A DNA stretch of 63,577 bases from Deltaproteobacteria bacterium. Lineage in GTDB: Archaea > Thermoplasmatota > Poseidoniia > Poseidoniales > Poseidoniaceae. The stretch covers positions 1 through 63,577 of the forward strand of contig JAOMAZ010000003.1 of assembly GCA_028344335.1 (NCBI GenBank), written 5' to 3'. Made by a program: the position numbers and the translations under genes. Every line of letters starts with the position of its first letter. The stretch's first letter is position 1. The notes under the pieces were generated by a model. It saw only the letters and a program-made list of their open reading frames with translations, was not told the origin of the DNA and made no database searches. This document shows positions 1-8,007 of the stretch, in pieces.

Positions 1-1
1 A

Positions 2-3000
2 GAACCAGACTATGAACATAGTGAAGCAATAACCGTTTTTGATGACACCCTATTGACCCCCGTTATCGGCCATAAAGGCCATCCCGTTGTGGCGATTGAT
101 TCAAATGACCTAGTAACTGTTTCTTGGGACGACACTCGTGGTGGCGAAGTGGAATTAGTATTCATTGTCGACTCTTCAGGTTCAATGTACGGAGAATGGG
201 CTGATTTATGTACCACTCTTTATGGTGGTACATTCAGTTCTGGTGATAGCTTCCAGGGCTTGAAACCAATGCTTGAACAAGCCAACATAACTGTTTACGA
301 AACAATATATGGATTAGGAAACGCTCTACCTAGTGCTGCAAGTTCAGGAGATTGCGCCTCTCACAACCAGAATGCTGGACCGAGAAACTCACACCTTAGC
401 AGTGGAGATGATAGCGGAGGAATCCGAAAACTTCCAGAAACAGTTTACAACGGTGCAACATATTCAGGGTCATCGATGGAAGATTGGGGCCCAGGTTCAA
501 ATTGGGCATGTTTGTCATATATGGATGCTAATGGAAATGTACCTGGCAACCCACCAACCTCTGCAGACCACCGGTGGAACCCAAACGCCACCAAGATTGT
601 AATCCCAATTTCTGATGAGGGGCCAAAAGATGGCGACCCAGCCGGCCAATCTGATGACCACGCTTCTATTGTCGAGGCACACGACAATTGCATCACAGCA
701 GGAGTAGTTCCAGTTGGCCTATATGGCCAATCATGGGGAGGAGCTTCAGCAGTACAATCACATTTCAGAGACTTAGCACAATGTTCTGATGGAGTTCAGG
801 GAACTCACACAAGAAGTTGTCCAGGGACTACATTATCCAATAGTGATGCTGGCGGACAAGTTTACGAATTCCCAGCCTCGGGAAGCGGTTCACACCCAAT
901 GAGCCTCCTAATAGAAGCGATGGTCTATATTTCGACAAATAATTCGCGTGAGATTTACATGACTATTCTCGACCCCTATGGTAAGATGAATAACAATAAC
1001 GACCCTTCATGGTCGCGTGGTGACCGTGGGCACTCAACTGATGGCGGTTCATACTCTGAAGATACCGGTGTAGGTGCAGACGGCCATCTTGTTGTGGTCA
1101 ATGATACTCGCATGACGAATAATAAAGGCTATTCTTACCAACCATCGATGGAGTTTGACTCATATGATAAACTACACTTTTCTTGGATGGATGGACGCGA
1201 CCATGGGACAAGTAGAGATGTCTCTTATGAAATCTATTACGCCAAATATGACATTTATTCAGATGGCCCTCTTGACGGTAGGGGAGAAGGTTTGAATGTG
1301 GATAATTTCACTTTGATTGAAGAAACTGTAATTTCAAACGTTGAAAGTAATCTTTCATCTCCTTTCGCAGGCCATAGCGCTGCCTCGAAATTGAGCATTG
1401 ATGTTAGAGATAATATCCATATTGCGTGGGTTGATTATGCAAATAACAGCAGTATTGAGGAGATTATCCATACTCGTTTAAATTCAACAAATAATACTGG
1501 ACCGGGAATGACTACTCTAGATACTTGGGGATTAGAAACAATAACAACTTGGTATTCCAATAAAGTTGGCAATGGGATAGGTGAAGAACTTCCAGTATCC
1601 GAGTTGCCAGCGGTTTCACCAGACCTTGGAAATGGTGTTCATATTGCTTGGTCAGATAATTTTTCATGCGCAGATAAAACTCTCATGGTAACCTTTTCAA
1701 TTTGTCACACTCACGTTTCCAAAGGTTCGGTTTCATTAGAAATGAGACTGCCTGATGTGAATTACCGAAACCTCGCACCTGGTCAATTGACATATTATAA
1801 TCTAACATTGAACAATACAACCCCTGGTCCTGTCGATGAAGTCGCTGAAACATATCAGTTAGGATTATCTGGTATTCCGGCCAATTGGTCAACGGAACTT
1901 TTCTTTGCAAGCAACTTTACCGCGATAGATAATACAACTCCATTGTGGTTAAATGGGGGGGAGAGTATGGACTTATTCCTTAAAGTCGTAACTCCATCGG
2001 TTTTTATTGCTAATCAAGATGAAATTGCAGAAATTGAAGTTTCTGCAAGCAGTATTGAAGATCAAGGAATCAGTTCAAGCTTGGTAACATGGACATCTAT
2101 GGATGTAGTACATGGAATAAAACTTAACACTATTAATGCAGTAATAGATATTGAACAAGGCCAAACTGCTATTTTCTCTATTGCAATTACCAATTTAGGA
2201 AATGTACACGACTCTTTTGCATTCTATGATTCCAATACCCTTGAAGGACAACAAGAATGGATGCTTCCATACGGTTGGTCTGTAGACTTCCCAACCGAGG
2301 TTGAATTAAATCCAGGACAATCCATTGCTAAGAACTTAAAAGTAGAAATTCCAATATCCCAAGAACCAGGAACCTTCGTTCTCTATGTCAAGGGTTGGTC
2401 CGTTGGTGAACCCGTCAAGAATATTGCCAAAGGAACATATGATGTTCTTGAATTATGGTTAAATGTTAGATTAAAAACTGAAGGAAACATCATCATCGAG
2501 CAATCGGAAGAAAAAATTTATATTCTTCCTGAAGAATGTTTAGATATTGATTATCATATAACTAAACACTATCAATCTGGAAGTTTAATATTCAGCGCGA
2601 GTATCGACCAAGCAGATTGGAACACTACATTTGATTGGAGTGATGTTCCTGGAACGGAATCTGATAGATATTTCCTTCAGGACCAACGCTACAGAATCGG
2701 GTTGGAGGTTTGTGCCCCTGCAAGTTTACCAGAAAATGAGTCTGCAACCATCACCTTCACAGCAACTTTGGTTGGTGCAACTTATGTCACTTCTAATTCT
2801 ATAATCGAGGCAATTCATTATAGGGCACCAACTGTAGAAATATCTCAACCCATAAAAAATAGTACAGTTGACGAAATGACTTTGTTTATTTATGGAAATG
2901 TTTCTGGACAGCAGCGCTCAGGAGAAACTACAGTCAGTATTAGTTTGAATGAAGATGAGTTTAACCGAGAATGGTATTTAACCGATATTTACAAAGCTGC

Positions 3001-3973
3001 AAAAACTTTTGATGATGCAGTGTTTTACGTACAAGGGTCATTTCAATTCGAATTATTCCTACTTACGAAGGTACCAAATGGAACTGGACCAATTATTATT
3101 TATCTACAAACTTGCGACCAAAAAACCTGTTATTTAGATGAATTAACGATCATTTGGTTCCAAGATACTGATGGCGATGGTTGGGGAGATGGAGAAGACG
3201 TTTTTCCCTTTGACCCTTCAGAATGGCGAGATAGTGATGGCGATGGATTTGGAGATAACGGCGATAAATTCCCTAATGATGCGGCAGAATTTGAGGATAC
3301 AGATGGAGATGGAGTTGGAGATTGGAGAGATCAGTTTCCCACTGACCCAAGTGAATATGTAGATACAGATTGGGATGGATTTGGAGACAACGCTGATGAG
3401 TTCCCTTTGGACTTCAATGAGTGGTTTGACAGCGATGGAGATGGGGTAGGGGATAATTCAGATTACCGTCCATTTGACCCATCAATTCAATCCAAGTCAG
3501 ATTTGAATTCAAAAAATGAAGAGAAATCAAGTACTACTACAGGTCTAGATGATGTGGTGATACTAAGTTTAGGAGGGGTTGCAATAATTCTAATAATTCT
3601 AGTTGTGATTATGCTATTAGTCAGTAACCCAAAAAGAAAAGAAGATATTTTGACTTCTTATGATTCGTCATTCGGCCCAATAGAAGAAAATGAATGGTTA
3701 CCAGTTCCAAATAATGAAAGATTTTTTCCAACACCTGTTGAACAAACCTTTGTAGAACCACAACCAATTTCACAGCCAGAACCACAACCAATTTCACAGC
3801 CAGACCCATTTGGTATCAATCAACTATTACCGCCAAGTGGGCCTCCAGCGCCTCCTGTTGCCAGTATTCCTTCTAATAATGGAATTAGAGATGGCTATGA
3901 ATGGCTGGCTACAAATGGTTTGGATTATTACCGTCCAACTGGTAGTATGGCTGAATGGAAACGCTGGAATTGA
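2..3973 (+). CDS. Giant surface adhesin-like protein, 5'-truncated by the window edge (vWA + propeller-like repeats + 5 TSP3 Ca-binding repeats + TM + cytoplasmic tail)
   Basis: The frame is open from nt 2, with no stop before the TTG at 53 and no signal peptide at the ORF-track start. MIDAS-like VFIVDSSGSMYGEW. Recurrent strand motifs HFSWMDGRD / HIAWVDYAN / HIAWSDNFS. DTDGDGWGD, DSDGDGFGD, DTDGDGVGD, DTDWDGFGD, DSDGDGVGD. TM VVILSLGGVAIILIILVVIMLLV, then KRK and a ~115-aa Pro-rich tail. Confidence 0.85.
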   Translation, partial: EPDYEHSEAITVFDDTLLTPVIGHKGHPVVAIDSNDLVTVSWDDTRGGEVELVFIVDSSGSMYGEWADLCTTLYGGTFSSGDSFQGLKPMLEQANITVYETIYGLGNALPSAASSGDCASHNQNAGPRNSHLSSGDDSGGIRKLPETVYNGATYSGSSMEDWGPGSNWACLSYMDANGNVPGNPPTSADHRWNPNATKIVIPISDEGPKDGDPAGQSDDHASIVEAHDNCITAGVVPVGLYGQSWGGASAVQSHFRDLAQCSDGVQGTHTRSCPGTTLSNSDAGGQVYEFPASGSGSHPMSLLIEAMVYISTNNSREIYMTILDPYGKMNNNNDPSWSRGDRGHSTDGGSYSEDTGVGADGHLVVVNDTRMTNNKGYSYQPSMEFDSYDKLHFSWMDGRDHGTSRDVSYEIYYAKYDIYSDGPLDGRGEGLNVDNFTLIEETVISNVESNLSSPFAGHSAASKLSIDVRDNIHIAWVDYANNSSIEEIIHTRLNSTNNTGPGMTTLDTWGLETITTWYSNKVGNGIGEELPVSELPAVSPDLGNGVHIAWSDNFSCADKTLMVTFSICHTHVSKGSVSLEMRLPDVNYRNLAPGQLTYYNLTLNNTTPGPVDEVAETYQLGLSGIPANWSTELFFASNFTAIDNTTPLWLNGGESMDLFLKVVTPSVFIANQDEIAEIEVSASSIEDQGISSSLVTWTSMDVVHGIKLNTINAVIDIEQGQTAIFSIAITNLGNVHDSFAFYDSNTLEGQQEWMLPYGWSVDFPTEVELNPGQSIAKNLKVEIPISQEPGTFVLYVKGWSVGEPVKNIAKGTYDVLELWLNVRLKTEGNIIIEQSEEKIYILPEECLDIDYHITKHYQSGSLIFSASIDQADWNTTFDWSDVPGTESDRYFLQDQRYRIGLEVCAPASLPENESATITFTATLVGATYVTSNSIIEAIHYRAPTVEISQPIKNSTVDEMTLFIYGNVSGQQRSGETTVSISLNEDEFNREWYLTDIYKAAKTFDDAVFYVQGSFQFELFLLTKVPNGTGPIIIYLQTCDQKTCYLDELTIIWFQDTDGDGWGDGEDVFPFDPSEWRDSDGDGFGDNGDKFPNDAAEFEDTDGDGVGDWRDQFPTDPSEYVDTDWDGFGDNADEFPLDFNEWFDSDGDGVGDNSDYRPFDPSIQSKSDLNSKNEEKSSTTTGLDDVVILSLGGVAIILIILVVIMLLVSNPKRKEDILTSYDSSFGPIEENEWLPVPNNERFFPTPVEQTFVEPQPISQPEPQPISQPDPFGINQLLPPSGPPAPPVASIPSNNGIRDGYEWLATNGLDYYRPTGSMAEWKRWN
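3164..3481 (+). repeat. Five thrombospondin type-3-like calcium-binding repeats with a strict 22-aa (66-nt) period, inside the giant CDS
   Basis: DTDGDGWGDGEDVFPFDPSEWR / DSDGDGFGDNGDKFPNDAAEFE / DTDGDGVGDWRDQFPTDPSEYV / DTDWDGFGDNADEFPLDFNEWF / DSDGDGVGDNSDYRPFDPS, counted directly from the translation. Confidence 0.8.
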
Positions 3974-3991
3974 AAGCATATTTTTGCTGCT

Positions 3992-5452
3992 TCAGAGGGT
4001 TTGTTTGCCTCCAATTGGCATATTGTTAAGAGCTCCGAAATCGCCTCTTAATGATGGTCCATCTGACATGGTCGCAAAGATACCTTTGTCCTCAAGATTA
4101 TGTGATAATCCAAACCAAGGACGCCCATATTGGTCGACCGACATATCCAGAAAATCTCCTAATCCGCCGCAGCGGTTGTAGCCACAATCTGCTTCAACGT
4201 CGATTGGGTCATCGATATCATTGATTCTTATCGTTGTCATCAGCGGGTTTTCGGAAAATACATCGGTAATAACCGTCATGTAAGCATGCCATTGGTTCAA
4301 GCCTTCTTCCCCCACATAACCCATGGCAATCTTCCCTTCTCCACCTGCTGTGATTACTGGGAAACCTGTGCCACTAATGTTGGTTGGCGGAGCAATCATC
4401 ATCTCTTCTGACCAACTATCTCCCGCATCCCTTGAATATGAAATATATGGCATGTTGTCATAACCCATCCACATAGCATAGACATTTCCTTCATCATCAA
4501 CAGCGACCTGTGCTTCTTCGCCATTCCAAGTATCTGCCGTTCCACTTTCTGTAGTTGGCAGAGGATGCTCACTCCAAGTAAATCCACCATCCGTGCTGCG
4601 ATAGATAGAATATCCCTCGCCACTACAGCCGATGTTTCCTCGGTAGAAATTACCGTTGACTCCTCCTTCCAAGTGTGCTGTAAGTCCACCGCTTTGACAA
4701 AGAAGAGGGGCGCCGCTAACCTCCGGACTCCATGTGCTCCCTCCATCGAATGATGATGAACAAAGTGGATGAGGGGCATTTCCATTGATACAGTAAACCC
4801 AGGTAGTTTCGTGAAGTGCTGCAGGGTATTTTGCTGATGTAATGGTCTGATGGTCTTGTACTGAGTAGACAGATGTTGCTACAGTTGGCGGGCTGAAACT
4901 ACCACCTTCGTTATCCGACCATTCCACTGTCATTCCCAATAAGGCATGCATGTCGAATTTCATGATCCGGTCGGTCCATTTATCGACATAGATGTAAGGG
5001 TCGTTTGAATTTGCAACTGGTAGTAATGGGTCATAGACGTTGACGCATGAATAGTCGAGGGTTTCAGTCATTTCGATAAGGCCACTACATTGGACGACTG
5101 CAGTTGATCCAGCAGGCCCATTTCCATAAGATGCCATGTAGAGATTATCTGCTGAGGTGATTCCTATCGTCGGCTCAAATGTTGACATGCCAATGCTATA
5201 GTATGAGCCATTGCTAAAGATTGGAGCATTATTACCGCTTAGATTTTCTGTAATATTCGCGGCTGCTACTGCAGTTGAGTTTAGGGCATTGACACCCCCA
5301 GAATAGTGATACCAAACACCATCAGGAATTGCTTGTTCAAAGTTGAATGGAGATTCTATTATTTCCTCTTCTTCAATAACATCACTGCCAAAACACCCAG
5401 AAAGCATACTCATGATGAGCATCGAGATGAGCAGCAATGCCCTGTAGTTCAT
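3992..5452 (-). CDS. Secreted BNR/Asp-box beta-propeller protein (sialidase-fold-like), probable lipoprotein
   Basis: N-terminal signal with lipobox-like MLSGC. Three Asp-boxes (SxDxGxTW): SFDGGSTWS, STDGGFTWS, SRDAGDSWS. Its start overlaps the stop of the upstream GT2 gene by 4 nt (ATGA at 5449-5452). Confidence 0.8.
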   Translation of the reverse strand: MNYRALLLISMLIMSMLSGCFGSDVIEEEEIIESPFNFEQAIPDGVWYHYSGGVNALNSTAVAAANITENLSGNNAPIFSNGSYYSIGMSTFEPTIGITSADNLYMASYGNGPAGSTAVVQCSGLIEMTETLDYSCVNVYDPLLPVANSNDPYIYVDKWTDRIMKFDMHALLGMTVEWSDNEGGSFSPPTVATSVYSVQDHQTITSAKYPAALHETTWVYCINGNAPHPLCSSSFDGGSTWSPEVSGAPLLCQSGGLTAHLEGGVNGNFYRGNIGCSGEGYSIYRSTDGGFTWSEHPLPTTESGTADTWNGEEAQVAVDDEGNVYAMWMGYDNMPYISYSRDAGDSWSEEMMIAPPTNISGTGFPVITAGGEGKIAMGYVGEEGLNQWHAYMTVITDVFSENPLMTTIRINDIDDPIDVEADCGYNRCGGLGDFLDMSVDQYGRPWFGLSHNLEDKGIFATMSDGPSLRGDFGALNNMPIGGKQTL

Positions 5453-6354
5453 GCTCTTGGGTCAACCTGTGTGATTTCAAGTTGTCTAAGTAGAGTTGCA
5501 TCAACTTTTCTGGCAACAAATAGGCCAAATATTCCAAAAAGTCCCATCGGGCCAATTAATGGAGTACTGAAGAGGAGTGCACTCCCCCCAAGGAAGCCAA
5601 TACTGATAGTCGCCCGTTGAATGAATGTAGCCTTTGATTTTCCAAGTAGATACCATCTGATGCCTCTACTAAAGAGACCTTTGAGAAGCATCCATGAGAT
5701 CACTGGTAGGAAGGTGTAGATTTTGATACCTGAAGATTGTCCTTCATAGACGGCTTTTACAGGCGCTTCCTTTATTTTGATGTCATACTCTATGCATTGA
5801 AGCAACCACCAATTTGGGTATCCATAGCCATTCCAATTATTTTTAAAATCCCAATTTTGAAGCATTCTACCGTTACAGACAGTGTATCCACATTGTGGGT
5901 CATGAATGGACAATCCTGTAGCCATGTTAGTCAGGTGCTTTAGCCACCAAGTCCCCAGTCTTCTTCTGATTGGCATCGCAGAAAGGCCATCTTCATGGGC
6001 GCCTCTATCACCTTTGACGAAATCTGCATCCCCATTGATAATTTGCGCCAGTAAAATAGGTAAGTCGGATGGATTCATTTGGCCATCGCCAGCCATGACC
6101 ACAGCACACCAGCGCAGATCATCCTCACTTTTGGCGAGGTGTTGATAACCTGCAGCGATGGCTCCGCCAACACCGATTCCTCCTGTTGAGATTACTTCTG
6201 CATTTTTTACAAGGGATGCGGTTCCATCAGTTGAGCCATCATCTACAACGATGATTCGATCAATCCATTCAGGGAGTGAAGTTGTTGCCTGATGAATATG
6301 CGCCGCTTCATTACGGGCAGGCATGACCACACAAACCCGCCAATCTTGATACAC
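5449..6354 (-). CDS. Family-2 glycosyltransferase (dolichyl-phosphate sugar synthase-like) with C-terminal TM helices
   Basis: VVMPARNEAAHI...IIVVDDGSTDGT... then the DGQMNP motif region. Hydrophobic C-terminal segments (FLPVISWMLL, IGFLGGSALLFSTPLIGPMGLFGIFGLFV). Confidence 0.85.
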   Translation of the reverse strand: MYQDWRVCVVMPARNEAAHIHQATTSLPEWIDRIIVVDDGSTDGTASLVKNAEVISTGGIGVGGAIAAGYQHLAKSEDDLRWCAVVMAGDGQMNPSDLPILLAQIINGDADFVKGDRGAHEDGLSAMPIRRRLGTWWLKHLTNMATGLSIHDPQCGYTVCNGRMLQNWDFKNNWNGYGYPNWWLLQCIEYDIKIKEAPVKAVYEGQSSGIKIYTFLPVISWMLLKGLFSRGIRWYLLGKSKATFIQRATISIGFLGGSALLFSTPLIGPMGLFGIFGLFVARKVDATLLRQLEITQVDPRA

Positions 6355-6449
6355 GAGTTGGGCCAGATGTATTCAGTCCATCAATTCAACGTCTTGAATC
6401 AGCGAAGCATTGACACGTCGTCCGATGCCGCAAGAGGTCGGGAATACCG

Positions 6450-7268
6450 ATGCGCATCGTCTATTTGACTCGCGATAAAGAGTTGCGAATCGTTTCTGCT
6501 ATCACTCGAGCAGAAACCTTTGCAGACGAGGTTGTGGTTATCGATGTTGGAAGTAAAGACACCACATTGGACTTGGCGGAGAAGTCAGGTTCCAAGACTA
6601 TCCCAATGGATAAGGACTGTACGATTCCAGACATTGCTCGTGAATTATTGAAGTTGGATGAGATGGAGATGACTCTTGTCATTCATCTATCAGATACTTG
6701 GAGACTACGCGACTTACCAGTAAATGTCAATCGCACTTACGAAGGAAGAGCAGTCAATTTGGCTCTTGCCCACGATACTGATGTAGATTTAGGAGATGTT
6801 GAGGAGATACATTTTAAGGATGCAGAATTGGATTTTTTAGCAGCTACTCCGGAAGGTTTGGAGGCTCTTTCAAATTGTAAAGATGAGGATTGTTGTATCG
6901 ATTTACCTTCTTCTCTTAATGTCAGAGTTCATTTGGCAAGCCTTCCAATAAATCCCGTAAAGAGAGAATCTTTGGCAACCGCATCTCGTTTTGCGCAACT
7001 TTTCCACTGGATGCTATCTAGTCGGCATCCGTTGATATTATTCGGCTTACCTGGATTAATTTTCTTCATCATTGGATTCAGATTAACGGGCAATGTAGTT
7101 GGTGAGTTTGAGAAGATGGATTCTATTAGTTTGGGAGTAACATTGGCAACTTCTGCGGTTACCCTGATTGGGTTATTTGCCATGATGACAAGCCTGATGC
7201 TCTACATTCTAGGTAAACAGGTTCGTCAAATTCAGCGCCAGTATGATGATTGGCCAAGTAGTGATTGA
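6450..7268 (+). CDS. GtrB-like GT2-related membrane protein with a degenerate or shortened catalytic domain
   Basis: N-terminus resembles a GT2 Rossmann start (VVVIDVGSKDTTLDLAEKSG), but the DxD region is not recognisable. The C-terminus has the GtrB-type two-TM hairpin (ILFGLPGLIFFIIGFRL...GVTLATSAVTLIGLFAMMTSLMLYILGKQV), similar to the C-terminus of the GT2 at 22791-23780. Confidence 0.55.
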   Translation: MRIVYLTRDKELRIVSAITRAETFADEVVVIDVGSKDTTLDLAEKSGSKTIPMDKDCTIPDIARELLKLDEMEMTLVIHLSDTWRLRDLPVNVNRTYEGRAVNLALAHDTDVDLGDVEEIHFKDAELDFLAATPEGLEALSNCKDEDCCIDLPSSLNVRVHLASLPINPVKRESLATASRFAQLFHWMLSSRHPLILFGLPGLIFFIIGFRLTGNVVGEFEKMDSISLGVTLATSAVTLIGLFAMMTSLMLYILGKQVRQIQRQYDDWPSSD

Positions 7269-7277
7269 GGTGAGTTA

Positions 7278-8007
7278 GTGGGATTAGTCTGTTTTGATAT
7301 GGACAGAGTGCTCGTCGACCATCTATCAACTTGGCAATGGGTGTACGACAAGTTAGGGATTTCAAATGAAGAATCATTCAACCTATATAATCAGGGGAAA
7401 TTGAATGAATGGGAATGGATTATTCTTGATATAGATTTGATTCGTTCTGCTGTTGAGGATGAACTGAAAGATGAATACCTTCGTTCCTTGTTAGATGATT
7501 GTCCAATGATGGAGGGCTGGAGAGAATGTATTCAAAGTCTATTGAATGATGGTCATCAAGTTGCAATTATTAGTGGAGGAATGCAAGAAAGCGCCCGACA
7601 AATCGCTTCAGCATTCCCCTCTCCCAAAAAATGGAGAAGAAGGTGGGGGGGGGGTAGATCGCTTCACTGCTGCTAGAATGGATGGATTTGACACACGATT
7701 GCACATTTTTTGTAATGGATGGTTGACAAATGCAGATGGTTCTATTCCTGAAACTGGCCGTTATCAAGTTCAAATGCAGGGCAAAGGGAACATCACAAAG
7801 ATGCTACAACGCCGCCTTGGAATCTCCCAAAAAGACACAGCCTCAGTAGGTGACTCTGCAGGTGATATCGATATGTTCCATAAATCTGGATTTTCAATCG
7901 CCTTCAATCCATGGGATGATAGGCCAGTGAAAGAGGCAACAATAACTATTGAAGAGAGAAATCTAAACCTTGCTTTGAAAGCAATTCAAGAATACTTCAG
8001 GGAGTGA
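7278..8007 (+). pseudogene. HAD-superfamily phosphatase (phosphoserine-phosphatase-like), split across two frames by a 1-nt frame disruption at an A6/G10 homopolymer region
   Basis: HAD motif I (LVCFDMDRVLVD) and motif II (VAIISGG) lie in frame 0 (ORF 7278-7676). The motif III/IV region (KG...VGDSAGDIDMF) lies in frame +1 (ORF 7546-8007). The frames overlap at 7546-7676, which contains A6 (7626-7631) and G10 (7645-7654). Deleting one G or one A gives a single ~243-aa ORF. Confidence 0.75.
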
